NCBI GenBank assembly: GCA_040954595.2
Contig: CM082576.2
Coordinates: 12,775,129-12,839,128 of the forward strand
Length of the DNA: 64,000 bases
Direction of reading: 5' to 3'
Origin: Balanoglossus misakiensis
Taxonomy: Eukaryota; Animalia; Hemichordata
Shown here piece after piece: positions 49,301 through 63,550 of this stretch (positions are counted from its first letter, which is position 1; every line of letters begins with the position of its first letter). A model generated the notes under the pieces. That model was not told the origin of the DNA and made no database searches. It was given only the letters and a program-made list of their open reading frames with translations. The translations under genes and the position numbers were made by a program.

Positions 49301-52300
49301 CGACTTGCCGATTTCTTGTATTTTGGGCCTTTTTGAACATTTATCATGGGTTATACATCATGATTTTTCCCCAAAAATGACCAATTTTCGACTTGCCGAT
49401 TTCTTGTATTTTGGACCTTTTTGAACATTTTTCATGGGTTATACATCATGATTTTTCCCCAAAAATGACCAATTTTCGACTTGCCGATTTCTTGTATTTT
49501 GGGCCTTTTTGAATATTTTTCATGGGTTATACATCACGATTTTTCCCCAAAAATGACCAATTTTCGACTTGCCGATTTCTTGTATTTTGGGCCTTTTTGA
49601 ACATTTTTCATGGGTTATACATCATGATTTTTCCCCAAAAATGACCAATTTTCGAGTTGCCGATTTCTTGTATTTTAGGCCTTTTTGAACATTTTTCATG
49701 GGTTATACATCATGATTTTTCCACAAAAATGACCAATTTTCGACTTGCCGAATTCTGATATTTTGGGCCTTTTTGAACATTTTTCATGGGTTATACATCA
49801 TGATTTTCCCCCAAAAATGACCAATTTTCGACTTGCCGAATTCTGATATGTTGGGCCTGTTTGAACATTTTTCATGGGTTATACATCATGATTTTTTCCC
49901 AAAAATGACCAATTTTCGACTTGCCGAATTTTGATATTTTGGGCCTTTTTGAACATTTTTCATGGGTTATACATCATGATTTTTCCCCAAAAATGACCAA
50001 TTTTCGACTTGCCGAATTCTGATATTTTGGGCCTTTTTGAACATTTTTCATGGGTTATACATCACGATTTTCCCCCAAAAATGACCAATTTTCGACTTGC
50101 CGATTTCTTGTATTTTGGGCCTTTTTGAACATTTTTCATGGGTTATACATCATGATTTTTTCCCAAAAATGACCAATTTTCGACTTGCCGAATTTTGATA
50201 TTTTGGGCCCTTTTGAACATTTTTCATGGGTTATACATCATGATTTTTCCCCAAAAATGACCAATTTTCGACTTGCCGAATTATGATATTTTGGGCCTTT
50301 TTGAACATTTTTCATGGGTTATACATCACGATTTTCCCCCAAAAATGACCAATTTTCGACTTGCCGATTTCTTGTATTTTGGGCCTTTTTGAACATTTAT
50401 CATGGGTTATACATCATGATTTTTCCCCAAAAATGACCAATTTTCGACTTGCCGAATTTTGATATTTTGGACCTTTTTGAACATTTTTCATGGGTGATAC
50501 ATCATGATTTTTTCCAAAAAATGACCAATTTTCGACTTGCCGAATTCTGATATTTTGGGCCTTTTTGAACATTTTTCATGGGTTATACATCATGATTTTT
50601 CCCCAAAAATGACCAATTTTCGACTTGCCGAATTCTGATATTTTGGGCCTTTTTGAACATTTTTCATGGGTTATACATCACGATTTTCCCCCAAAAATGA
50701 CCAATTTTCGACTTGCCGATTTCTTGTATTTTGGGCCTTTTTGAACATTTTTCATGGGTTATACATCATGATTTTTCGCCAAAAATGACCAATTTTCGAC
50801 TTGCCGAATTCTGATATTTTGGGCCTTTTTGAACATTTTTCATGGGTTATACATCATGATTTTTCCCCAAAAATGACCAATTTTCGACTTGCCGAATTCT
50901 GATATTTTGGGCCTTTTTGAACATTTTTCATGGGTTATACATCACGATTTTCCCCCAAAAATGACCAATTTTCGACTTGCCGATTTCTTGTATTTTGGGC
51001 CTTTTTGAACATTTTTCATGGGTTATACATCATGATTTTTCGCCAAAAATGACCAATTTTCGACTTGCCGAATTCTGATATTTTGGGCCTTTTTGAACAT
51101 TTTTCATGGGTGATACATCATGATTTTTTCCAAAAAATGACCAATTTTCGACTTGCCGAATTCTGATATTTTGGGCCTTTTTGAACATTTTTCATGGGTT
51201 ATACATCATGATTTTTCCCCAAAAATGACCAATTTTGGACTTGCCGAATTCTGATATTTTGGGCCTTTTTGAACATTTTTCATGGGTTATACATCACGAT
51301 TTTCCCCCAAAAATGACCAATTTTCGACTTGCCGATTTCTTGTATTTTGGGCCTTTTTGAACATTTTTCATGGGTTATACATCATGATTTTTCGCCAAAA
51401 ATGACCAATTTTCGACTTGCCGAATTCTGATATTTTGGGCCTTTTTGAACATTTTTCATGGGTTATACATCATGATTTTTCCCCAAAAATGACCAATTTT
51501 CGACTTGCCGAATTCTGATATTTTGGGCCTTTATGAACATTTTTCATGGGTTATACATCATGATTTTTCCCCAAAAATGACCAATTTTCGACTTGCCGAA
51601 TTTTGATATTTTGGGCCTTTTTGAACATTTTTCATGGGTTATACATCATGATTTTCCCCCAAAAATGACCAATTTTCGACTTGACGAATTCTGATATTTT
51701 GGGCCTTTTTGAACATTTTTCATGGGTTATACATCATGATTTTCCCCCAAAAATGACCAATTTTCGACTTGCCGATTTCTTGTATTTTGGGCCTTTTTGA
51801 ACATTTATCATGGATTATACATCATGATTTTTCCCCAAAAATGACCAATTTTCGACTTGCCGAATTTTGATATTTTGGACCTTTTTGAACATTTTTCATG
51901 GGTGATACATCATGATTTTTTCCAAAAAATGACCAATTTTCGACTTGCCGAATTCTGATATTTTGGGCCTTTTTGAACATTTTTCATGGGTTATACATCA
52001 TGATTTATCCCCAAAATTGACCAATTTTAGACTTGCCGAATTCTGATATTTTGGGCCTTTTTGAACATTTTTCATGGGTTATACATCATGATTTTTCCCC
52101 CAAAATGACCAATTATCGACTTGCCGAATTCTGATATTTTGGGCCTTTTTGAACATTTTTCATGGGTTATACATCATGATTTTTTCCAAAAAATGACCAA
52201 TTATCGACTTGCCGAATTTTGATATTTTGGGCCTTTTTGAACATTTTTCATGGGTTATACATCATGATTTTTCCCCAAAAATGACCAATTTTCGACTTGC

Positions 52301-53808
52301 CGAATTTTGATATTTTGGGCCTTTTTGAACATTTTTCATGGGTTATACATCATGATTTTTCCCCAAAAATGACCAATTTTCGACTTGCCGAATTCTGATA
52401 TTTTGGGCCTTTTTGAACATTTTTCATGGGTTATACATCATGATTTTTCCCCCAAAATGATCAATTTTCGACTTGCCGAATTCTGATATTTGGGGCTTTT
52501 TGAACATTTTTCATGGGTTATACATCATGATTTTTCCCCAAAAATGACCAATTTTCGACTTGCCGAATTCTGATATTTTGGACCTTTTTGAACATTTTTC
52601 ATGGGTTATACATCATGATTTTCCCCCAAAAATGACCAATTTTCGACTTGCCGAATTCTGATATTTTGGACCTTTTTGAACATTTTTCATGGGTTATACA
52701 TCATGATTTTTTCCCAAAGATGACCAATTTTCGACTTGCCGAATTCTGATATTTTGGGTCTTTTTGAACATTTTTCATGGGTTATACATCATGATTTTTT
52801 CCCAAAAATGACCAATTTTCGACTTGCCGAATTCTGATATTTTGGGCCTTTTTGAACATTTTTCATGGGTTATACATCATGATTTTTTCCCAAAAATGAC
52901 CAATTTTCGACTTGCCGAATTCTGATATTTTGGGCCTTTTTGAACATTTTTCATGGGTTATACATCATGATTTTTTCCCAAAAATGACCAATTTTCGACT
53001 TGCCGAATTATGATATTTGGGCCTTTTTGAACATTTTTCATGGGTTATACATCATGATTTTCCCCCAAAAATGACCAATTTTCGACTTGCCGAATTCTGA
53101 TATTTTGGGCCTTTTTGAACATTTTTCATGGGTTATACATCATGATTTTTTCCCAAAAATGACCAATTTTCGACTTGCCGAATTCTGATATTTTGGGCCT
53201 TTTTGAACATTTTTCATAGGTTATACATCATGATTTTTCCCCAAAAATGACCAATTTTCGACTTGCCGAATTCTGATATTTTGGGCCTTTTTGAACATTT
53301 TTCATGGGTTATACATCATGATTTTTTCCCAAAAATGACCAATTTTCGACTTGCCGAATTCTGATATTTTGGGCCTTTTTGAACATTTTTCATGGGTTAT
53401 ACATCATGATTTTTTCCCCCAAAATGACAAATTTTCGACTTGCCGAATTTTGATATTTTGGGCCTTTATGAACATTTTTCATGAGTTATACATCATGATT
53501 TTTCCCCAAAAATGACCAATTTCCGACTTGCTGAATTCTAATATTTTGGGCCTTTTTGAACATTTTTCATGGGTTATACATCATGATTTTTCCCCAAAAA
53601 TGACCAATTTTCGACTTGCCGAATTTTGATATTTTGGGCCTTTTTGAACATTTTTCATGGGTTATACATCATGATTTTCCCCCAAAAATGACCAATTTTC
53701 GACTTGCCGAAATTTGATAATTTGGGCCTTTTTGAACATATGGGTTATACATCATGATTTTTCCCCCAAAATGACCAATTTTTGACTTGCTGAATTTTGA
53801 TATTTTGG
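46301..53808. repeat. 88-bp tandem satellite, ~85 copies
   Basis: Consensus ccaattttcgacttgccgaatt(t/c)tgatattttgggcctttttgaacatttttcatgggttatacatcatgatttttccccaaaaatga; period 88 (46301, 46389, ...). Confidence 0.99.
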
Positions 53809-53812
53809 TCAC

Positions 53813-53935
53813 ATTCTGAAATCCGGTGTTTCAATGGAATCATTGCACAGACATACTCAACACAAGGAATACAAACACAAAGGCCATTTACCTTTTGGCA
53901 CATTTATTTAGTTCACACGTAGTTAAAAGTATATA
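53813..53935 (+). repeat. 123-bp direct repeat, right copy; contains minus-strand AATAAA
   Basis: Matches 46175-46297; tttatt at 53903-53908. Confidence 0.93.
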
Positions 53936-55577
53936 CAGTGTACTTCACAAAATATATAATATTTATCAAACCTTATCATGTGCAGCTGAGAAAAACAATT
54001 TTTACAACACTCGACTGGATTTCATAGCTGTTTTTTTAGAACAATGGACGGTATCAACGAAATCCTGGCAGTAAGCTATAATTCTCCAGCAATTTCCGAA
54101 GGACAAATAATTCAAGTAAATCTGAGAATTACCTTGAACGGTAATGGTGTGATCAGCCTCCATCTAAAAATGATTCTAAAAATATGTTCAGAAATAGAAT
54201 TTGAATAGTGGACGGTCAATTTTCATAGAAAAATGGACGGATATCGTCGGATGGCCATCAATAATGGAAGTTAATCCTTCATGTAAACCATCTGTTACTT
54301 CTCCATTGGTGCTATTTAAAAGCACCAGCTATTTTTGGGATTGTGGCTGATTCTACGATAAATCATTCACTTTGACACTAACATGTTGCATTTATCTCCA
54401 TCAATGACATTCTGTCTTTCCTCTCTATCAATTTCTCTATTTCGATAATAAAGTTTTCTGAATGTGAATCTTTTAAATTTGTTTAGAATTGCTTCACGCT
54501 TACCATCTAAGTGCACACGGCTGCAAAATGTAATACTATTCTAATACTGGACCGGTAATCATGTGATATCTTTTGTGTTAAAAGTTAGTAAATTTCTTTT
54601 GAAAATGTTAAAAGCACCTGATTTGCTCACAAAAACCTCCAATTACTTAATATACATGTTAACACTTTTGTAAATACTTCCAAAGCCACTCAGTAACAGC
54701 ATCAAGTTAAAACGTTACAAAAAAAACAAAACACAACAGAATTTATGAGCTTTGAGGGTGTTGGCAACAGCAGTGCAGTTTAAGGCCAAACACTTCCAAT
54801 TTTTTGGGGGGATAGCTGGTTTTCAAAATTCAGCCAAAAAGAACTGGAAAAAAATGCTGCGTCTTCTTTCGGGGCTGCGGTAATACTGCAGTAGGTGCGG
54901 TTCAGTCTCACGACATCAACCATAAGTAAGATGGAGATGTGTTCATGTGCTTCCAGCAAAGCTGCTCTCTGTCCAACACATTCCAAGGGGGGGGGGGGGG
55001 GGGGTGTAGGGGTGAGGATGAGGAGGAGGCATAGTGAAAAAGTTTGAAGCAGGAATTTCCAGAGTTGTCTCATGAAGCTGGTGCGTTCTAAGCGATGCTA
55101 GTTTTTACGACAGTCGTGTGATTCACTTTTAGAGTTAGAGCAATAAAAATGATGCAACACACAAGCTTGGAATAGATTACAGCATGCATTAGTCTTTAGA
55201 GAACATTATTCAATGCATTAATTATCGCTATCAATTACTGAAAAAAAAGCTTTCAGCATGAGCGTCATTGTGCACGGTTAGAAAATAAAAGTCACGATCA
55301 GTGTTCCCTTCGGTGTAGTTGTCTACGGCACGACAAGAGGATAATCTGCAGACATTTTTGTCAGGGGAATACAGGGACCACATAAATACTGCAAAGCATG
55401 CACACAAACTGACAAGAAGTTTCAACTCAGTAACTCTTGGGTGTGCCGTATCAAGTGCACCATGGGAACACTGAAAATGGGAACGATTTACAAGCGATGC
55501 GGTTAAAAATCTACACTACGGGGGTGACGTGTTGCAGGCTGGATGGTAGCTAGGACATATATCGCCCCATGATGATT

Positions 55578-58500
55578 TCAAGTTTGGAATGCACTGGTAA
55601 AGAATAACCCATGAGCACGTCCCATCTTGGCTATGGTTGAAGGCATGGGCGACTGGAAGGTCTTCTCGTACGTGCCGGGGCCTGGAACTTTCTGTTTGTG
55701 CGTTGGGGAGAAAAGAAGACAGAGAAAAATCATTTTACTAAAGATTACCAAGACACCAACAAGATTCGCAACAATCGATGGCTGTCAGAGGAGTGGGAAA
55801 AATCTGTAATAAAATCATCTTCTGCTAACGTAAACCATAGTTCCTTTCCCTTTTCTCTAGGTTTTGGTGGTCAATTTTGTATTTTTGAAATACATCCCTA
55901 AATAGTGCTTTCGATAAAAAAAAGTCAAAATCTAATACATGTATGACAAAAATTCCAAACAAATCAATAAAAGATTATTCTAGTTCACCTAGCATTCTTC
56001 AGTGAGACAAAGTCTGAGCACTTGAATGCAACCTTCCGTGCAACATAATTCTTTTTGATAGGTTAATTAATCAAGATTTCTTTGATATTCCCGTGAAATC
56101 TCACTGCAAACTCACACAATGTTAACCTCTTCAGTAATCACAATCAGTACCTGTAACATTCTTTAGCAGATTTCTTAGGATTTTACAACACCAATGCTTA
56201 ATTTCGTGCCACCCAGAAAAAGACTGATATACCAGGAATAAGGTATTTTTAATTGGATGAGCCAGATGTTATCTAGCATCAATTAGTGTAGATGCATTTA
56301 CATATCAAATTGAAACAATGCCCATTTTGCAAGGTCGTGGAAATTTCACAAAAGCAAAATGCAGTAAAATTTAGTGTCGGTTTTGACACAGTAAACTAAT
56401 GACCACAGATCTCTCAAGTGAATTAGCATTACCTGGTTTCATCAACACACCTAATTATTAATAAGATCTTCATTTAGCAAGCATCAAATCAATACAAAGG
56501 TGATTATTACGAGTAATTCAGGAAAAAATAGGCACATTAAAGCTTCCTCAGAGCTGGTTAATGACTTGTTGCCCATGGAAATCAAATCAGAAACAAAAAT
56601 GTGATAATCACTATTAAATGAATAACAGGACATCGAATTACTGGTTTCATTTCATTAGGATATATTGATCTATTTTCAAGAGCCAATTTTATTTCCTCGG
56701 AGTCGTGGACTGCCCGCAATTACTTGTTAAAGTCTCTTAGGGGCAATTTTCTAAGCCTTTGTTGATGTATTTCTGTGAAGGGCGAAGGTCGTTATAAGGG
56801 TAGCATCTCTAATCCACTGTTAGTTACACTACAACACAAAACAGCCAGCAAAGCTTATATAGTTTTTTCCGGGGCCAGTTCAAACATCGCTTACCGTATG
56901 AGATGAGCTAAATCTGGGCGTCCTGGATTTGAAGCTGGACGAGATCGGGTGAAGTGCGTTTGGCGGTTTGTAATTGTATTGGCCTGGAGCAGGATTCTTA
57001 TTCTGAAGTGAAGAGAACAATTCAGGAAAAGAGATGTCTTCATTATTAATGCATTTGTAAAATCTAAGGGCAAATTAATTTTTAAATATTCTAAATATCA
57101 AACATTCGTTTAACACTATAGAATTACTGTACAGTAACATGGTAACCTGCATATATCATTCCATGAATTCTGTCACCATAATCTCTTTCTTGTCGTACAA
57201 ACTCAGAAAGTAAAATATGTTGGGGCTCAGAAAACAGGACAGATATGAAAAGTAATGAGAAATTTTACCCCAAAAAATACATTTGACAATTTAATTTACC
57301 ACACATGTGTCCCATCTTTCAAAATAGACTGCTTCATAGCAGAGCATGAATTAATAATGACATATGTGACAATAATTAATTTCTGTGGAGGCTTCTAAAA
57401 TCAATTTAAAAAACCCGCATATGGTTTGAATGAGTGTATGCAGATCACGCTAGCTGAGTCATTATTAACTTCATTGCCACTACAGTTTGCGTTTTTATGC
57501 AGTCATAAAACCTTTATAAATTGAAATTCCGTTCCACTTGATGGCCAAGTCAAGTGCCACCTGCTGCCTCGGCTGAAATCATCCCGTACATGAGAGGAGA
57601 GCATATCAGCAATATCATACATTAACGGCACTATGATGGCTGAAATATTTGATGATTTTCTCCACTTCAATAGCGTTACAGTGGCTCCTTGTAGCTCTAC
57701 TGAGAATGACAGGCTCTCGATCAAATACCCAGAAATGCATTTACCTTAGATAAATGTACATTAGTTTATAAACACCGAAAAAATAATTTTAATTTAAGTC
57801 ACGTTTATATAATTTGCATATTCAATATGCACCATCAATTGAAAATCAACATTAATCTGACACTACCAACAAAAAAAATTGACAGAAACTGCTCAATCAT
57901 AACCACAAACCAGCATGTTTTGAAGATCGAGGGACCTTGCCAACATGAAAATAGCCGGGCAGGTGACTACAGGACCAACCTTCGCTGGTATTAAAATTTA
58001 CATACTTATCTGCCCGGTATAACATTGTTTGTCCACACAAACAGTCTTTGGCTCTCAATCAAACAATCATCATGCCTAGTCTTACATCACAGGCCACTTG
58101 AGCGGGTGCAACCTGTTGCTAGGCAATCTCACTGTGGGACGGCAAATTACGTTGCCACAGCAACAGCTATAATGTTGTATTTTTTTTAGGGCGGGACAAG
58201 ACGTTAGGAGGTATATTGTACGCTGATTGCTTGAGTGTTACTGGGCTGAGAAGCTTTGCATTGATTGATGGCGTCAAACTGGACACTTCAACATATCGTG
58301 TGTGTGATCTTCAATAAGGTGGTCGTATCTGTGAATTATTTTCCTGTGCAAATGAAAAGATACTTACCGGTTTAAAGTAAATAGTGGGAAACCTCTGCGA
58401 GGTGTCCTTGAAAGCCGCATGCCTGGATGGGATAAGAAAAAATAACGACAGGAAATATTCATAGCTATTTATACTAAATCTGTCACTCGGGTATCATGTA

Positions 58501-61500
58501 CAGTACACGATATTCAATTCACAATGTTGTTTTCCAAATCTTGAATTCATCAGGAAAAAAATCTGCCAAGATAAAGTCAATGGTATGATACAGTAATTAA
58601 TGTATAAGACCTTTGATAAAATTATTTAATGTGACTATATTAATATACCTAATGTCATAATTAGGTTGTGAATTGTAACAAAACATTTGTGTATATTTGT
58701 GTTCGTGTCTATCTGGTCAATGGAATACTACATGTAGTATGGAACAAACTCTTTACAAAATCACGTGGAGTGACCGTGACAAAAAATATATCATTTTTCC
58801 TCTGAAAGAGAAATTCTTTCTCAGAATATTCTGCAAGATGTCGTTCCCTTTTTTCTCACTAAACACATTGCAAAATCCAATTGTAATATCTCCTCACTAT
58901 ATTGTATTTGATGACAATATACCTACCTGTTGCCATAGCAACAAATACACATTTTTCTCCTGAAATTTGAATTCAAATTGCGGTAGGCATGTCAGTTTAA
59001 ACACCTATTAACCTGGTTTTGATGTAATATAGCCAAATGTAATTGTGTATAAAGCAGAGTCCAGCTTGGGTTCACAGGGACATTGAATTTTTGACAATCT
59101 TCTATAACATATGCCATGCCCCCCCCCCCCCTTTTTGCCCTACTATGTAAATTCCACTACATAACCTTTGACCTCTGTCAACACCCATAAATTTACATCT
59201 AAAATAGGATATGGCTTTTTTTATGTGTCCACCGAACTCTAAGGTCCCAATAACAGACATTGCCATTCTAAATTTAAAATCTACTTTTTTGTCATTGCAA
59301 TTTTGTTCACTGTCAGAATCTTTACATTTATGTTATGATCATGAAAATAAAGATATGTCAACCTCACTTTTGTTTGGGATTGCTCATAACTAATCCACCC
59401 ATAAATGGGGGGAAACATATTTTCAGTAATATGGTTTCAATTTTTTTTTCATAAACACACTGCTAATAATAATAATTTCTATTTTTTTTTCAAAAAAAAG
59501 GTGACTGATGGTTTTAACACGTTGACCCCCCCCCCCCCCCAATTGTTCTAATAAATCGACGTCCCAATTATTGGAACAATGGCGTTGGGAAAAAGCTGGA
59601 ACAATCCATGTCAGTAATTAGCACTCAGCCATGACAACCTGATAATGTCATGTAGATTATAATAGAACGTTTGGGTGAATTTGGAAATTAAAGCTATTAT
59701 CAGAATATGCCAAGTCCACCCTAATATGCACTGACACCTGTCATAGACTCGGAGGCGCGCAGACAATTTCAAGTTCGGGGTCTATATTCCTCCCAATCTA
59801 ATTACTTCCCTTCTGAATTTCGCTCTGGGCAGACAGCAGTGTTTACCCTGCCATTGATAATGTCTGCGCGGGCAAATGGTGCAGGTATTGATTTCATGTT
59901 AGCGGCGTTAAAACATAAAGAACTCCCAGCAAGACCTTTTATCGGGAGTGTCTACTACTAATATTCGCAATCAATAAAACCATGGCTGTAACTGATTTCC
60001 CCCCATTCTTACCAATATGAAAGAAATTACACCGCTCTTAACTTTCTTAATGCCACCGACAAAGACACGACAGACATACACCGTAAATTATGTTCAAAAA
60101 TATTGACTTTAGAATTTACCTATTATATTGATTACAGCGACCAAAGCAATAACAATTAAACTCTATTCATGACAGATTACAACTACACACAGCTACCTTC
60201 CTATACATCCTGCCAACAAAGATATCCATTGAAAAAGGTTTGAAAACAGCATTTTTTTTGCTATTAGAATGCCGACATTTGTCATTCAATTAGTCTACAC
60301 CGGCGTGACTACAGTATTAAGCTGAAATCACGTAGTGTAATTATTTTTTTTTTTTAAAGTCTTCCAGGAAATTCTTAGTGATGAAATGCATAGTTTGAAG
60401 GTCTACCTGCAAACTAAACTATGCAGCCGTTTATTGTGTCTGAGTTCTGAAACTCCATAAATTTGCATACTGATATCAAACCAGACATATGATATATTGC
60501 CTCACAGAACTATAAATGCTCAAATGCATTTCACATATTTGTTTATTTTTCAAACAACGGGAACAAAACTGTCATATCTAGAGACGTTCGTTCAAATTAA
60601 TCTGACCAAAATTTGCAAAGACTTTGTTGTCTGAAAGAACATTTGAAAAAAAAGATTGGGATTGCAGCCAAGGTGACCTATCTGTAAAAAGCTCAAAAAA
60701 AATATATAAATTTACACATTGCATTCTAGGGTGAGTGTTGCAGGGTTGGTTTATTCACACTTACTTGGACGGTGATTTTGTGGTTGCTATGGTTAAGTAA
60801 TTCTCCATCTTGTAGGCAGGGGGTGCCACATTCACATCCTGAAAAGTAACAGATTGTCAACAGTGAAAATTAGGGTTCCACAGCATTCCAAAAAAAGTAA
60901 TATTAATGCCATCACACATAGTGGAGATTTGCATAATAATACACAGACTTCTGCAGTGACGGAACCATTTTACCTGTTAAGATGCAACGTTTTGAAGCAT
61001 AAAATTCACGAACATGCAATTTTGCAATTTGTTAATACCATGAGAAAACACACCTCAGGGCAGTGGCTTTTGTGAATAAAATGAGTCACAACATTAATTA
61101 ATTTTTGTTATCGTTTATCCCCGACAGAATTGAACTGTAATTATCTGCCATAGAGGTAAAAAAAAACTGCGCCATTCATTAACAACTGCCTCAGCAAACT
61201 ATAACACTGTCTGTTAATTGGGTTGTTTCATAACTGTCAATACCGCTCTGCTGACAGTGAACGCAGTGAAAATGTTATGTTTCGTGCATGTTGCCATTGG
61301 CAACAAGGACGGCAAACCGATGAATGGTAAGGCGGCCATGGTTAATAATTATCACTCAATAAGAACATTATTTTAAAGCGTCTTCGGTAGACAGGGTCAG
61401 CGATCAGTACTGTGAATTTGAAGCTGGAATTATATAATTGTCAAATAATCGGCTGAAAATTGAAAATAAATTTTTCTTTGTGAGCTTAATGAGCTTTTTC

Positions 61501-63550
61501 TCTCCGATTTTACAACTCATTTCTAAAACAAAAAAATACACAATCTTCAGTCTTTTCACCAACAAGTTTAAAGACCAACTGGTAACATAAGTAATGTATA
61601 AGCAATCCAGATAACTAATCTGGAAAACATGATCTGACTCAGCAGATAAAAGTTTGCTATGTCATTCTATATAGATCTTTATCTGTTACCACTCTGTTGC
61701 AGTCAGAATTGAAAGCAACTTCCCCTTTTTTGTGCTGAGAGGTTCTGAATTAAACAACACCTTAACCCTTCCACCCCCAGTTCCCTCTTTAGAGTCCAAC
61801 TTTACCACAGAAAACAATGGGTTCGGACTGAACCATGGTGGTGAAAGGGTTAATTACCTATCAAGACTACTATGTATACAAGAAGAACTTCAGGTACTCA
61901 GTTATGTTTGCCGTGACCACCTGTTGATTGAGTTGAAGGGGTTTTTTTTGGCGAATTTTTTTAATACACACAATAAACAACAAAGAGGACTTGACTTTCA
62001 GTAATGCTTGAAGGAAACCCACCAAATTTTACTCCAGAATTTGTAGGACAAAATTATTCAACTTGAACTGCATATTTTCACAGTATATATTGGAATTTTT
62101 TTATTATTCTAGTCCTGTACTAGGCTTAATTTCACATTATTGTGCTCAGCCATGTGTAATTCCCCAGTTATGAATCTTGGCGATAAGTAGATAACGTCTT
62201 ATTAGAATCATATGAGAAATGCAAGCCTAATAAAACTTTCATTTCCCTACCTTATCTTTCTGTCCGGGAAGAGGTCTCCTGTATCTGTGCGTATCTTTGA
62301 ACGCGTATGTGTTTATGGTTTTCTCAAGCTCTTCGGGGAGATCTTTGTGATTATATGCACCTGGCATCAGCGTTTCCCCTTGTCTCCATCTTATGACGGC
62401 CAGCTCTCTCTTTCTGCCTTCGCTCTTGAATGAATACGTGAATGGCTTCTTCTCCATGAATTCCTCCAGGAAGTCTTTGGTGTCGTACGACCCCGGCACA
62501 GGTGTTTCCTGAAAGCAGCAAGATCGTAATAGCGGTAAAATCAAACATAATACCAGTAGTAAATAAAATATTAGAATAAAAAAATGGCAAAAAGTCATAA
62601 AACAGTATAATCGTGGTGAATAGTAACAGAAGACATGGTATAGTCAACTGTTTATTTTATTAAGGGCCTTTTCATTTATTTAGGGAGGGGGGTCATGCAT
62701 ATTATGATATCTGAGCAGAGCAAGTGAATGTTGTGCCGACTTTATTCACAAACACCATAATCTTGACCATAGACCGACTGACATTGAAGCTTGAGTGTGT
62801 AGTGCTTGATTGAAGTATTCCAAACGCGCTCCTCGATCACCACGCACGCTTCTTCTTGAATGGTGATACACTAATCAGGAGACATTGTTCCCGACTTTGT
62901 TACTACCGAAGTTTATTGTGTCACGTAATGGTAGTTATTTGTCACACTGTCGCAGTTTTGCAATTGGAAATGGTACTTTATTTTCACTCACCCTTATACC
63001 TGTTCGCCACCATTCTTCTCTGCCTGATACTGGAGGTTCATAACCATCTTTCAAAGCGGTCCTCTCCTGCAAATCGGAATAAATATGACAGTTATAGACA
63101 ACTTCACACTGTGTGACTGTCTCGCCAAAAACTTTTGTGTACACAGTGACAAAGTGTCAGTCTGTATAATTAACTTCGGGCTTTTGTGTGTGCGTAATAA
63201 TTGACGGTGGTTTTGTATTCGCTGTCGCAATTTGAGAAACGATTTGTCAATTTCTGTCGGTACAGGAAAACGGGACGTCGTCTGGAAATGTATGCGTTCG
63301 TGAACATCGACAACTGTGCATGTGTACACGATCTATCAGTATCATAATAGACAGGTATAGCTTTACGTCGTCTAGTCGCGCCTGTCCCTCGAATGCATGG
63401 GCGCACAAATAATCGGCACCTCACCCGTCTCGACGCAGATCTGTCGGCCGTTCCTTTCTTGTTGCCCTTCTTCCCTTTCTTCGTCGTGGCGGAATCGTCG
63501 GCAGACTTGTCAGCTGCCTGCTTCCCCGTCGCAGTTGCTTCGGGCGCCAT
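55578..63550 (-). CDS. STPG4: Sperm-tail PG-rich repeat protein 4 (C2orf61/GSE ortholog), 269 aa; exons 63550-63425, 63066-62992, 62508-62251, 60838-60765, 58422-58368, 57002-56895, 55691-55578
   Basis: GREEWWRTGIR|ETPVPGSYDTKDFLEE..TYSFKSEGRKR; QRFPTIYFKP|NKNPAPGQY..SSFKSRTPRF; KVPGPGTY..STIAKMGRAHGLFF. These parallel human STPG4 motifs as recalled (EREGWWR..TPIPGTY..FKNEGRKK; QRFPTTYF; TIAKMGQEHSLFF). PGPGxY (SHIPPO/STPG) repeats; 810-nt spliced frame. Confidence 0.93.

Noticed and set aside
46301-53808. CRISPR-like array
   Set aside because: Units are contiguous and near-identical with no unique spacers; the context is eukaryotic and there are no cas genes.
60784-60797. X-box-like gttgctatggttaa
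   Set aside because: Lies inside STPG4 coding exon 4 and is imperfect.
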